In this document: positions 1 through 11,324 of the stretch, one piece after another
Layout: each line of letters opens with the position of its first letter
Numbering within the stretch: the first letter of the stretch is position 1
NCBI RefSeq assembly: GCF_026571515.1
Contig: NW_026853644.1
Span: forward strand, 1 to 64,000
DNA length: 64,000 bases
Source of the DNA: Ruditapes philippinarum
Lineage: Eukaryota
Direction of reading: 5' to 3'
Notes under the pieces: generated by a model
What the model was told of the DNA's origin: nothing
Databases searched by the model: none
What the model saw: only the letters and a program-made list of their open reading frames with translations
Made by a program: the position numbers and the translations under genes

Positions 1-2394
1 GGGACGTAACTTTGTTTACCCCACGTGCCAAATAGCGGGACCATTCGTAAAATAACGGATGTACCGACAAACGACACCTGCTGTCATAATATGAAAACAA
101 AATATTGCAACTCGCATTATGCTTACTGCCAACTGCTTAGTGCGTACTGTAACATGCGATTATAATAATGCTATCGTTGTCATCTTCGTTGTCAATGCGC
201 ACTGATCATGTCTTGCATTATATTTGTAATAAGTGAATATATGGCAGCATATGAATGCAAAGACACGTCAAATTCGCCCAAGTATTGATAAAAATCAATT
301 ATTTTTTGTGAAATAGTGTCGACAATATGTAAGTGGCAGATTTATAGCAAATTAAAGGTACTTTCAGGAACTTAATTAATTACCATTTAACATCTAGTTA
401 TATCAAGAACAAGCAAAGAATGTTATCTTAAACACCGAACATATTATACGCTGTCCTTAAAAAAGATGCAATTAAACATATAGCATATTAAAATATGTGA
501 GTTTAATGGTTCAGAAAGGAACACATGAAGTTGCGATTACATGATAGTGCATTCAGTAATCATAATGCATGACTGTATTCAGCAATACGTAGGTTTCCAT
601 TGTCATAAAGAAGTATAGAATCAAGCATAATGTAAGTCCAAAGATTGAATAAATGCACTAATTCTGTTCCATATTATTCGATTTACCCACAGACTTGTGT
701 GAAATTAATTCACATACTTTTTAACATTTTTCAATATTTTCAATTATTGTCATGCAAGCTTCAGTGTGTGGCAATACCACGTGACATTGACGTCATTTTC
801 GGCATCAATACCAAGACAAATGTTGCTCGATTCGGAAAAGAAAATAGCCGTAAATATGTTATTTCTGTACCAATTTCTTTGGGATATGCACCAGTCTACG
901 GGGGAAAAAATAAGCTTTCCACAGAATATTGGATCTTCGTCAGTTTATAAGCCGTTTTATCAAACACTTTGCATAACATTGGAAGTTGCTTGTATTAGAG
1001 CGGGCTTCAGTTGCAAGCTATTTCGTTTTCTGGCGTTATCTGGTCTACGCCATGATTAAAAAGTCAGGTTTACATCAACCGGGAGTACGGAAGGCAAAAC
1101 TCTACCTAAATATGTTCATATATATGAGCGGTATTATTATATATGGGCCTCGTTGAATGAAATAATAGTATGCTCTTTAGACTTTCACAATGTAATCTTA
1201 TATTCAAATCATACTGAATATGCACTCCTATAGGCCTATATATAGATCTATATTATAAATTTCGAGATTCGTTTTTTTTCACCGCCATTTACATTTTGTC
1301 ACACCTGAATTCCCTGTCTAAACCATAATAAAGTTTCCTTTTAAAAGGAAAGGCTTGCACAGTTGTGCCTTCATAAAGTGTTTATTTAGTTGTTTTTTTT
1401 TTCTTGTAAAAACGAATATTTTTTGTCAAAACAATTTGAAATCTATTCTCTATTGTATAAAACTTGTAAAGAAAATAATCAATCATAAAAATACTAACTA
1501 TTCTATCATACTGAAAAGGAAACAAGTGTGAACATTTCATTTCCAGAGAAATCATTCGTTTTGGCAGTTGCTAATTTCATTTATATAGCATCTTTATGGA
1601 CAAGTAAATGCACTAAAATACTTCGTTACGTGGTACCAATTAATAAGCATGTATCAACTATGTTACACAACCACAGATACGGTAAGGTTAATGATATGCA
1701 TGGGCTATTTTAAGATTACCTCACTGCGTTCATTAGATCTAAATATAACTCGATCATGCACTAATATTCTCTGTGATTTGGTAAGCAAGACCACCCTTTG
1801 GAGACGTAACCATCCTCTATTGTATAAGGTATATATGTTAATTAATATACAAAACTAATACAGACAAAAACAATTATAAAAGAAACTGACTTTTGCGTCT
1901 TGAAAAAGAATTGAAACGTAACAATTTCGTTTAATTTATTACGGTTTAAACCGATAAATCAAGTAAAAATAGAAATCCTATTTATATAAACAAACTGGGA
2001 TTACTGAAGTAACTAAAATAGCTTAGATTTCCGTAATATTACTTCGTCTGATTCCGCAGTATGACGGAATCGCCCGAATTGTCACGATTGCAATCGGAAC
2101 TACATCGGCTATAATCATTAAACCGAAGAGTGACGGAAAGGGCCAAAAAGTTGCGATTGGCACGATTGCAGTTGGTTTCTCGTTCAATCATGCGCTAACA
2201 AATGTAAGCAGGAAACCACCTAACCGGAACAAGTTTTCCAAAACAAATGGGCTTGCAGCCGTGCAGCCAAAAAATAAGTATGATGCGCAACATATAATAT
2301 CTATTTTTAGAATTAGCAATCGGATTTCCTCGTTCATTGCCGTATCGTACGGAAGCGTCCTGGTGCCAATTCATAATGTTCTATAAAAAAATAA

Positions 2395-2920
2395 ACTCCT
2401 ACGTAGGAGATAAAAAAGCCTAATTAGGAGTTTGTAACTCCTACGTAGGACTTTTAAACTCCTACGTAGGACTTACAAAGTCCTACGTAGGACTTTATAA
2501 CTCCTACGTAGGACTTTATAACTCCTACGTAGGAGATAAAAAAGCCTAATTAGGAGTTTATAAGTCCTACGTAGGACTTTTAAACTCCTACGTAGGACTT
2601 TTTAACTCCTACGTAGGACTTTATAACTCCTACGTAGGAGATAAAAAAGCCTAATTAGGAGTTTATAACTCCTACGTAGGACTTTTAAACTCCTACGTAG
2701 GACTTTATAAGTCCTACGTAGGACTTTATAACTCCTACGTAGGACTTTAAAACTCCTACGTAGGAGATAAAAAAGCCTAATTAGGAGTTTATAACTCCTA
2801 CGTAGGACTTTTAAACTCCTACGTAGGACTTTATAACTCCTACGTAGGACTTTTAAACTCCTACGTAGGACTTTTTAACTCCTACGTAGGACCTTATATC
2901 TCCTACGTAGGACTTTATGA
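2395..2920 (+). repeat. 21-bp tandem array (left arm), unit about CTCCTACGTAGGACTTTATAA
   Basis: About 25 units with palindromic core TCCTACGTAGGA and a periodic variant AAAAAGCCTAATTAGGAG. Confidence 0.95.
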
Positions 2921-2931
2921 CTTTATAAGAA

Positions 2932-3590
2932 TTGCATACAGAATGCTTTGCAAATCTCAACATTCCGGACCGGTATATCGGCGAAGGAACTAGACACTTA
3001 CCCCCCCCCCCCCTCAAATCTAAAATGTAGAGGACATTTCACCTTTGGTTCATACAGAATTTATTTAAGTTTGATTGTGTAGGAAGCTATAAGCTTATAG
3101 ACACACTTTCGAATCCGTTCCTGGAACCAACCAGTACGTACTTAGCAATGAGTGTAAAGTTTCTTACTCAAGGAAACAACGGCTTGCGCTTAACGGGGTT
3201 TGAACCCATGCGGCTAGCGATCATTAGGCTACTTGTCACACGGCCATGCCGCAACACTTCACCTTTTAATAAAGTGTCTCAGGTTTCTAGAGTGTACAGT
3301 GTCTTAGGGTGAGGTGTCTGTAAGCATTGGCGATGTATCCCGAAGAATTGCTTTACAGCTATTCGAAAAAAACTTACTCGACATCAAGCATATATATCAA
3401 AATTTTAAAAGGCTTTAGTGATTACGATTTCAATACGAACTAGCTGACCAAAACGAGCAATTTATCTATTTTCGGCCGTTTCAAATGATTAAATCCTTAT
3501 AGGGGGGGGGGGGGGGGGGTAGTGAAGTGTCTTGTTCCTGCTCCGTAAAGTTTAAGAAGATAACGGTTTGCGGAGCATTATGCATGCATA
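2932..3590. mobile_element. Degenerate nested MITE-like inverted repeat
   Basis: AGGAACTAGACACTTA-C(n) near 2985 pairs with G(n)-TAGTGAAGTGTCTTGTTCCT ending 3539. Weaker pairing between about 2932-2955 and 3565-3590. Confidence 0.5.
3095..3255 (-). mobile_element. tRNA-derived SINE remnant (CORE-like)
   Basis: On the minus strand, B-box GGGTTCAAACCCC followed by GTTGTTTCCTTGAGTAAGAAACTTTAC (CORE-like) and GTACTGGTTGGTTCCAGGAACGGATTCGA. Confidence 0.6.
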
Positions 3591-3792
3591 TGTTTAATAA
3601 TGAATTACATTGTATATCCTACTCTGAACAAAGTTTAACCCATACATTTTGTGTACATGTGTATAATAAATATAACTAAACGTACATAATACAGACTCAT
3701 CGTTTAATATATGCAGAGAATGACAAAATCATCTCTGGCTACAGACTAAAGGTATTTACTAAAGTGGCTTGCCACAATTACAACTTGACACA

Positions 3793-4026
3793 TATAAGCC
3801 GCGCCATGACAAAACCAACATTGTGGGTTTGCGACCAGCATGGATCCAGACCAGCCTGCGCATCCGCGCGGTCTGATCAGGATCCATGCTATTCGCTATC
3901 AGTTTCTCTACTTGTAAAAGGGTTTGTAAGCATGGATCCTGATCAGACTGCGCGGATGCGCAGGCTGGTCTGGATTCATGCTGGTCGCAAATGCACTATG
4001 TTGGTTTTGTCGTGGCGCGGCTCATA
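3793..4026. mobile_element. Palindromic MITE, copy 1
   Basis: Arms of about 100 bp (AGCCGCGCCATGACAAAACCAACA...GGATCCATGCT and reverse complement); further copies at 10860 and 30153. Confidence 0.85.
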
Positions 4027-4117
4027 TAATTTATTTTCCAACATAATATGCTATCTTAAGTTATACTCTAGCATACATGTCCGTCGAACTCTGTGCTTTC
4101 AGTTCTTTGATATGTAT

Positions 4118-4697
4118 TCTACGTAGGAGTTATAAAGTCCTACGTAGGAGTTTAAAAGTCCTACGTAGGAGTTACAAAGTCCTACGTAGGAGTTATAAAG
4201 TCCTAATTAGGCTTTTTTATCTCCTACGTAGGAGTTATAAAGTCCTACGTAGGAGTTTAAAAGTCCTACGTAGGAGTTATAAACTCCTAATTAGGCTTTT
4301 TTATCTCCTACGTAGGAGTTATAAAGTCCTACGTAGGAGTTACAAAGTCCTACGTAGGACTTATAAAGTCCTACGTAGGAGTTATAAAGTCCTACGTAGG
4401 ACTTACAAAGTCCTACGTAGGAGTTTAAAAGTCCTACGTAGGAGTTACAAACTCCTAATTAGGCTTTTTTATCTCCTACGTAGGAGTTATAAAGTCCTAC
4501 GTAGGAGTTATAAAGTCCTACGTAGGAGTTATAAAGTCCTACGTAGGAGTTTAAAAGTCCTACGTAGGAGTTATAAACTCCTAATTAGGCTTTTTTATCT
4601 CCTACGTAGGAGTTATAAAGTCCTACGTAGGACTTACAAAGTCCTACGTAGGAGTTACAAACTCCTAATTAGGCTTTTTTATCTCCTACGTAGGAGT
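4118..4697 (-). repeat. 21-bp tandem array (right arm, inverted copy)
   Basis: Reverse complement of the 2395-2920 array; it produces the spurious VLRRSYK-repeat ORF. Confidence 0.95.
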
Positions 4698-4838
4698 TTA
4701 TTTTTTTTATAGAACATTATGAATTGGCACCAGGACGCTTCCGTAGTATCGTTATAATAAGTACTTATAACTATTTCATTTAAGTACTAAAACTATTCTG
4801 TTTCCACGATTATTTACAGGCGTCACTTGCACAGAAGA

Positions 4839-7800
4839 ATGACAGAGCCAATAAGAAACCCAGATATCAAATTTACACAGGTAAGTGGAAAAAAACTTTT
4901 TAATTTCTCTCCTTGTAGGTTATTAATAATTGTGTGTACATTTTTTCTACTTTCAGTTTCATCAATGTTGATATCAGAACTAAACACACAGACGCTTGGG
5001 GTTTGGAGCTCAAAACGCCTTTAAAATCCAAATAAAATGCATATTTGTCAATCCCAGGACATGTACTGATCATATATATCAAAAAATCTTAATATATGCC
5101 GTTTTGAAAAAAAATCATATTTCAACATCTATAATAATACACAAGATAAAAATGTTCGCCGGAAAAAATCCGCACCCCTACCGTCATAATCACCATGTAT
5201 TTTAATCCATTTCCAATATTTTCACATAATCCTTTGGTCCATCGACACAGAAGATATAATTCTTCACGATGATGGTCAATTTTAAACTTCAACGGTAATA
5301 TAAACAACGCAACAGCCGTAATAAACATCAATATTCTCGCCGTTTTTTTTCAACGACAAAAACTTTCGATAAATTCAATGGACCAGACGGCTATGAACGA
5401 AGCTATCCGATTATGTGGCCCCAGCTTTGCCGTGTGCAAAATGCGCAGCGCTTTTAAGTTTGGGAACCACATAATCGGATAGCTTCGTTCATAGCCGTCT
5501 GGTCCATTGAATTTATCGAAAGTTTTTGTCGTTGAAAAAAAAACGGCGAGAATATTGATGTTTATTTCGGCTGTTGCGTTGTTTATATTACCGTTGAAGT
5601 TTAAAATTGACCATCATCGTGAAGAATTATATCTTCTGTGTCGATGGACCAAAGGATTATGTGAAAATATTGCAAATGGATTAAAATACATGGTGATTAT
5701 GACGGTAGGGGTGCGGATTTTTTCCGGCGAACATTTTTATCTTGTGTATTATTATAGATGTTGAAATATGATTTTTTTTCAAAACGGCATATATTAAGAT
5801 TTTTTGATATATATGATCAGTACATGTCCTGGGATTGACAAATATGCATTTTATTTGGATTTTAAAGGCGTTTTGAGCTCCAAACCCCAAGCGTCTGTGA
5901 CTAAACATATGTAAATCTCGCTTAAACATGTATATATTGTTAAAAAAAATAAATCATAAATCAATCGCATCATGTAGCCGAGGAGTTCTGATTGGTCTAA
6001 CGTCGGCACGGCCTATAGTATATTTTCGCCCTATATAATATCTGTGTCAATCATTATTGACCACCCAGATATTATATTGATACAGTTTGTGGCAAATCGG
6101 TGATATCCAGACACGTACGTGGGCCTCAGACCCTGTCAATCGTCTTGTTCCACCCATTAACTATTGCACGAATAGGCACTTATGGCAATCTCATTTATGT
6201 AAATTTTGTTTTGATACTATTTCAGCATGAATTGGAAGATAATAAACGCATTCCATTTTCCACAAACGCTCATTAAAGTTCTTCTTTAGCAAATGCAACA
6301 AGTATTCAAAAACGTTATGTGATAGTACCATGTGAATGTACCTTGTTAATGCATCAATTATACAATGTACAGTAAACATTAACAAACATTTTACTAATTC
6401 ATACATGTAACATAAATTAATCACTCTTCAGTGCCGTAGCCAGACCTGAACCCCCCCCCCCCACACACACAAAAAAAACGAAATAGAACGTGAAATGAAC
6501 ATGAACAGATGTATTGTCACATATAAGCCACCCATAAATTAATTGACATTGAAAATTAATTTATACCATAAGGTAATTAATATTCATATCATAAGTTAAT
6601 TGATATCATAAGTTAATTGACATTAAAACGTTAATTGACACGATAAGTTATTTTTTTTTAGAGAAGTTAATTGATAATATACTAGTTACTTGATTTCATA
6701 AGTTAATTGATATTATTAGTTAATAGATATTATAAATTTATTGATACATCATGAGTTAATTGATATTATAAGTAAACTGTTATCATAGGTTAATTGACAT
6801 TATAAGTTAATTGATATCATAAGTTAATTGACATCACATCATGAGTTAATTGATATTATAAGTTAATTGATATCATAAGTTAATTGACATCACATCATGA
6901 GTTAATTGATATTATAAGTTAATTTATATCATAAGGTAATTGACATCACATCATGAGTTAATTGATATCATAAGTTAATTGATATCATAAGTTAATTGAC
7001 ATCACATCATGAGTTAATTGATATCATAAATTAATTGATATCATACTTAATTGACATCACATCTTTTCAGACTCTTGTTTCAGATTTTCATCAATAATGA
7101 GTGGGTGAATAGTAAAAGTGGGCGTGTCTTCCCAACAATCAACCCATGTGACGGCAAGAAAATATGTGACGTACAGGAAGGTGACAAGGTATATTGCTTG
7201 TTAAATGTTTAGACTGAAAGCTTTGGAATAATTTTCTTTATTAAAGTCGCCATATGAATTATACTGTGTTGGTGCACTTAAACCCAACCCCAACCCATCC
7301 CAAAATCCCAACTCTGAAAAAATACCATTATTATAAAAAAAAACAAAAACAGTGCTTATTACAAAAAAAGAGTAAAAGATGGTCCAGATATATGGCATGT
7401 TAGTACTTTTTCCATGTTTTCAGAAAAATGTAACAGTTTTTGGGAAATGAAAATAATAGCATTTTTTAGTTTAATGGGCATTTAAATACATATGTGCTAT
7501 ATGCATGTTATCATAGATATTTATAGACACCCATTATATTTGTCATTTATGAAAATAGAATCAAACAAAACAGGATAAAAATATCAATGACTAGAGTTAA
7601 AAGAAAATTGTAATGATAATAATTACCTTATAATTGAAAACCCATCATGTTGTAAAAGTTACACCTTTGAAAGAAAGGCCTATGAGTTTTTTTCTGCGCT
7701 GTTCCTGACCAATTTAATTTAGAGATGCTTACTAATAAACACTTAACTATTCAAAATGTTTATTTTCACTGTGTCTTATTTTTACACAAATAAAGGCATC

Positions 7801-8885
7801 AAAACGCAATGATGGTTTATGCCGATTGGGGAAAATGAGCTTTGTTGATAAATCTTATTTTTCAATCAGTATGGTTTTTCGGAGAAAAACATTTTACGAA
7901 TTCAAATGTATGAAAAAATTGTATTGAATTTATCACACAGGATGATATCGATGATGCTGTTAGCGCAGCACGTGCAGCGTACAAACGTGGCGCCCCCTGG
8001 CGTAAGCTTGATGCCTCTAAGAAAGGACAACTCCTGAACAAACTTGCGGACCTGATGAAACAAAATATCTCGTATCTTGCCGTAAGACCTTTACTTTAAG
8101 TTTTTAAAATATTTATAAAAAAAAGAAGAAAAATATGAAAATTTAAAATGCATTATTTTTTATGTTAAAATTTGTTTGCATTTGATTCTGTTTAAAAAAG
8201 GCTGTATAATTATAAAGCCTTCAAGCATTATTTTCAAACTACATGACCTAAGTGTATTCTTTCACAGAGTTTAGAAACATTGGACAACGGTAAACCGTTT
8301 TATGATGCGGAGGAGGACATAGTGTTTTCCATCGAAACATTGCAATACTACGCCGGATGGGCAGACAAAATTTGCGGGAAAACAATCCCAGTTGGTATGT
8401 AGGTGATATATTTATATACTTTCCCTTTGTTAAAGAAAAGTCTATCCTTAATTAGATTAATTTGTTTGAATGGTTTATAAATAATATTTGTGTTATTGAA
8501 TATTAAATCAAAACTTCTAATTAAAATCTTGTTGATATGATTGGTCGATAACTTTATAAGTAAAGAAGAAATTTTTTTCCTGTTCAAACAGATGGTTCAT
8601 TTTTCACGTTCACAAAACACGAGCCTATTGGTGTCTGCGGAGCTATTATTCCGGTAAGCTATGAATTGTCCAGCGTTATTTTAAGGTACATGTTTTATTC
8701 CTCAATCTATTATAACATTTTATATAATTACCTAATTTACATAAATAAAACCTTTTTCCGGGAAGCTACAAAAAAAGATCAATATTCTGGCTAGCTAATA
8801 ATGGTAAATAATGGATATCACTTATCATGAACCAGACAGTTTTTAGCTCGACTTTTCTATGAAAAGGGGAGCTATCCTACTCGCC

Positions 8886-8916
<31 letters not shown>

Positions 8917-11290
8917 TGGCGTCACACCTTGGTTAAGTTTTTCGTACCACCCCACTTTATTTCAGAAGTATTACAAGTATGGCTTTGAAACTTACCATAC
9001 TTGTTCACCATCATAACCTCCATCTACAGACAAGAGTACATAACTCTGTCAAGGTTTTTGACAGAATTATGGCCCTTTTTTGACTTAGAAAGTGTATTGA
9101 GCTTGGTTAAGTTTTTTGTACCACCTCACTTTATTTCAAAACCATTGGAGGTATTGCTTTGAAACTGACCATACTTGTTTACCATCACGACCTTCATCAA
9201 CAGACAAGAGGACATAACTCTGTCAAGGTTTTTGACAGAATTATGCCCCTTTTTGACTTAGAAAATACATTGAATATGGGTAAAATCCACTTATTGCCTT
9301 AACCCTTTGAGATATTGCTTTGAAACTTTTAATGCTATTTCACATCATTACCCCCATCTGTACGCAAGAGAAGGTAACTCTGTCAAGGATTTGTTTTTAA
9401 AAATTAAGGCCTTTTATCGACTTAGAATCTTGGTTAAGTTTTTAGTACCAGTCCACTTTTTGACTGAACTGTTTGAGATATTAATTTGAAAGTTGGAATA
9501 CTTGTTTACAATCATGATTCCCAAACATGTCCAGGAGAAGGTAATTCTGTCAAAGATTTTATTTGAATTATGGCCCTTAACTGTCAATGTTTTGTATTAT
9601 AGGCAAGCAGTGTTCAAGGGTATCACACAATTCAGTAAAATAATTCTTCACTAAATATCTTAATGCTCATGGCCATTGTTCACTTTAAAAATACAGAGAT
9701 TCTTGTATTGCCTTTTACTGCAAAAACTTTTTTTATTGGCAAGCAATAAAAAAGTCGAGCGCGCTGTCTTACGGACCGCTCTTGTTATTATCCCTAACAT
9801 GGCACGTCTTTCGTAAAATTTAATGAAGCTGTAGTGTAAGGGAGACTACTCGTATATTTTTCTAGTAAAATGCTCGACAGATTTAACGTTATTGGGTCTA
9901 TTTTAACTAGTGGAATTACCCGATACCAATGATGATATGGAAGATTGGACCTGCACTGGCATGTGGCAACACGATGGTCCTTAAACCTGCAGAGCAAACC
10001 CCACTCACTGCTCTGTATTTATGTTCCTTGATTAAAGAGGTGAGCTTTCTTTTTATAAGTTCTCACTAAAATTCTTTTACATATATCATCATAATCTCTG
10101 TAGCTCAGAGTATAAATAATTTTGTTACTTTAGCTAGTGTAAAATTATAAACATGAAAGTTCTTGCCACGCCCAGTAAGATAATGATATCTTGATTTTGC
10201 AATTGTGCTTTTCTTTCATTCTTGTTGTGTTCTTATAACATGATTGCTACATATACAATTATTATAGATCCATTTCTATATCGTTTAACAGCGCTTATTT
10301 GACTAATAATAATAATATTATTATTATTAATAATAATAATAATACTTTGAAGGCATTCCTTTCTTATTCTAATGTATAAATTGGATTTTGACGGTGAATA
10401 TAAAGCTCAAATTCCCAGTCATTTAACTAAATCTGGCCTTTTGGTTCATATTTCTTAAAATCGAATTTTCTCAAGGGTAAAATGAGAAAAAATATTTCAG
10501 TTTTGACTAAACTATGATATAATATTAGATGTAGTTGTCTACCCATTTCCAAAATGAATATATATGTGATTATTGTTCATATTTTGTATAGAACGTAATT
10601 TATCTTGAATATTTTAACCAGGCTGGTTTTCCGCCGGGGGTAGTGAACGTTGTTCCCGGGTATGGCCCAACGGCCGGTGCGGCAATCGCGGAACACATGG
10701 ACATAAATAAAGTGGCATTTACCGGTTCGACAGAGGTAACAATAATGTTTGTCTACATTTGTATTTTACATGTATTTATTTGTGTAAAATAGTATATATT
10801 TATTTCTTATGTAAAGTTTTGATAGGATTGGAAGAACTGTGTGATACCATAAATAATAATATGAGCCGCGTCACGACAAAACCAATATAATGGGTTTGCG
10901 ACCAGCATGGATCCAGACCAGCCTGCGCATATCTGCTCAGTCTCAGGATCCATGCTGTTCGCTGTCAGTTTCTCTACTTGTTACAGGGTTTGAATAGGAT
11001 TTATTATCAAACAGCATGGATCCTGATCAGACTGCGCGGATGCGCAGGCTGATCTGGATCCATGCTGGTCGCAAACCCATTATGTTGGTTTTGTCGTGAC
11101 ACGGCTCATATTATGTTGATAGTATTACGTATCATACGTGATAACAATCTATAAAATAGCTTTGTATTGATGTTGTTGATAAGTGTGAGATATATGCTCC
11201 TCACAGTGTCGCCACTATATATGGCAAATAATTTATATATATGTATTGTAAAAATCTACGATATCAAAAATATTTATAATCATCATCATC

Positions 11291-11324
<34 letters not shown>

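Larger units (their letters stand above)
2348..4745. mobile_element. Non-autonomous IS3EU-like foldback DNA transposon with satellite arms
   Basis: Terminus TACGGAAGCGTCCTGGTGCCAATTCATAATGTTCTATA at 2348 and its reverse complement ending at 4745. 6-bp direct repeat GTATCG at 2342-2347 and 4746-4751. TAY..RTA ends with a 6-bp TSD match my recollection of the IS3EU superfamily. Confidence 0.85.

Noticed and set aside
1649-1790. Candidate upstream ALDH coding exons (gtaagg at 1682, gtaagc at 1781)
   Set aside because: Phases from the nearby ATGs do not match the phase-2 join needed at 4820; they could still be untranslated exons.
2395-2920. CRISPR-like palindromic repeats
   Set aside because: Head-to-tail units with no unique spacers, no cas genes, eukaryotic context.
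4077-4712. 211-aa VLRRSYK repeat ORF
   Set aside because: By-product of the 21-bp array in a transposon arm; no gene context.
4996-5929. Duplicated ORFs on opposite strands
   Set aside because: Mirror images produced by the palindrome; no protein features.
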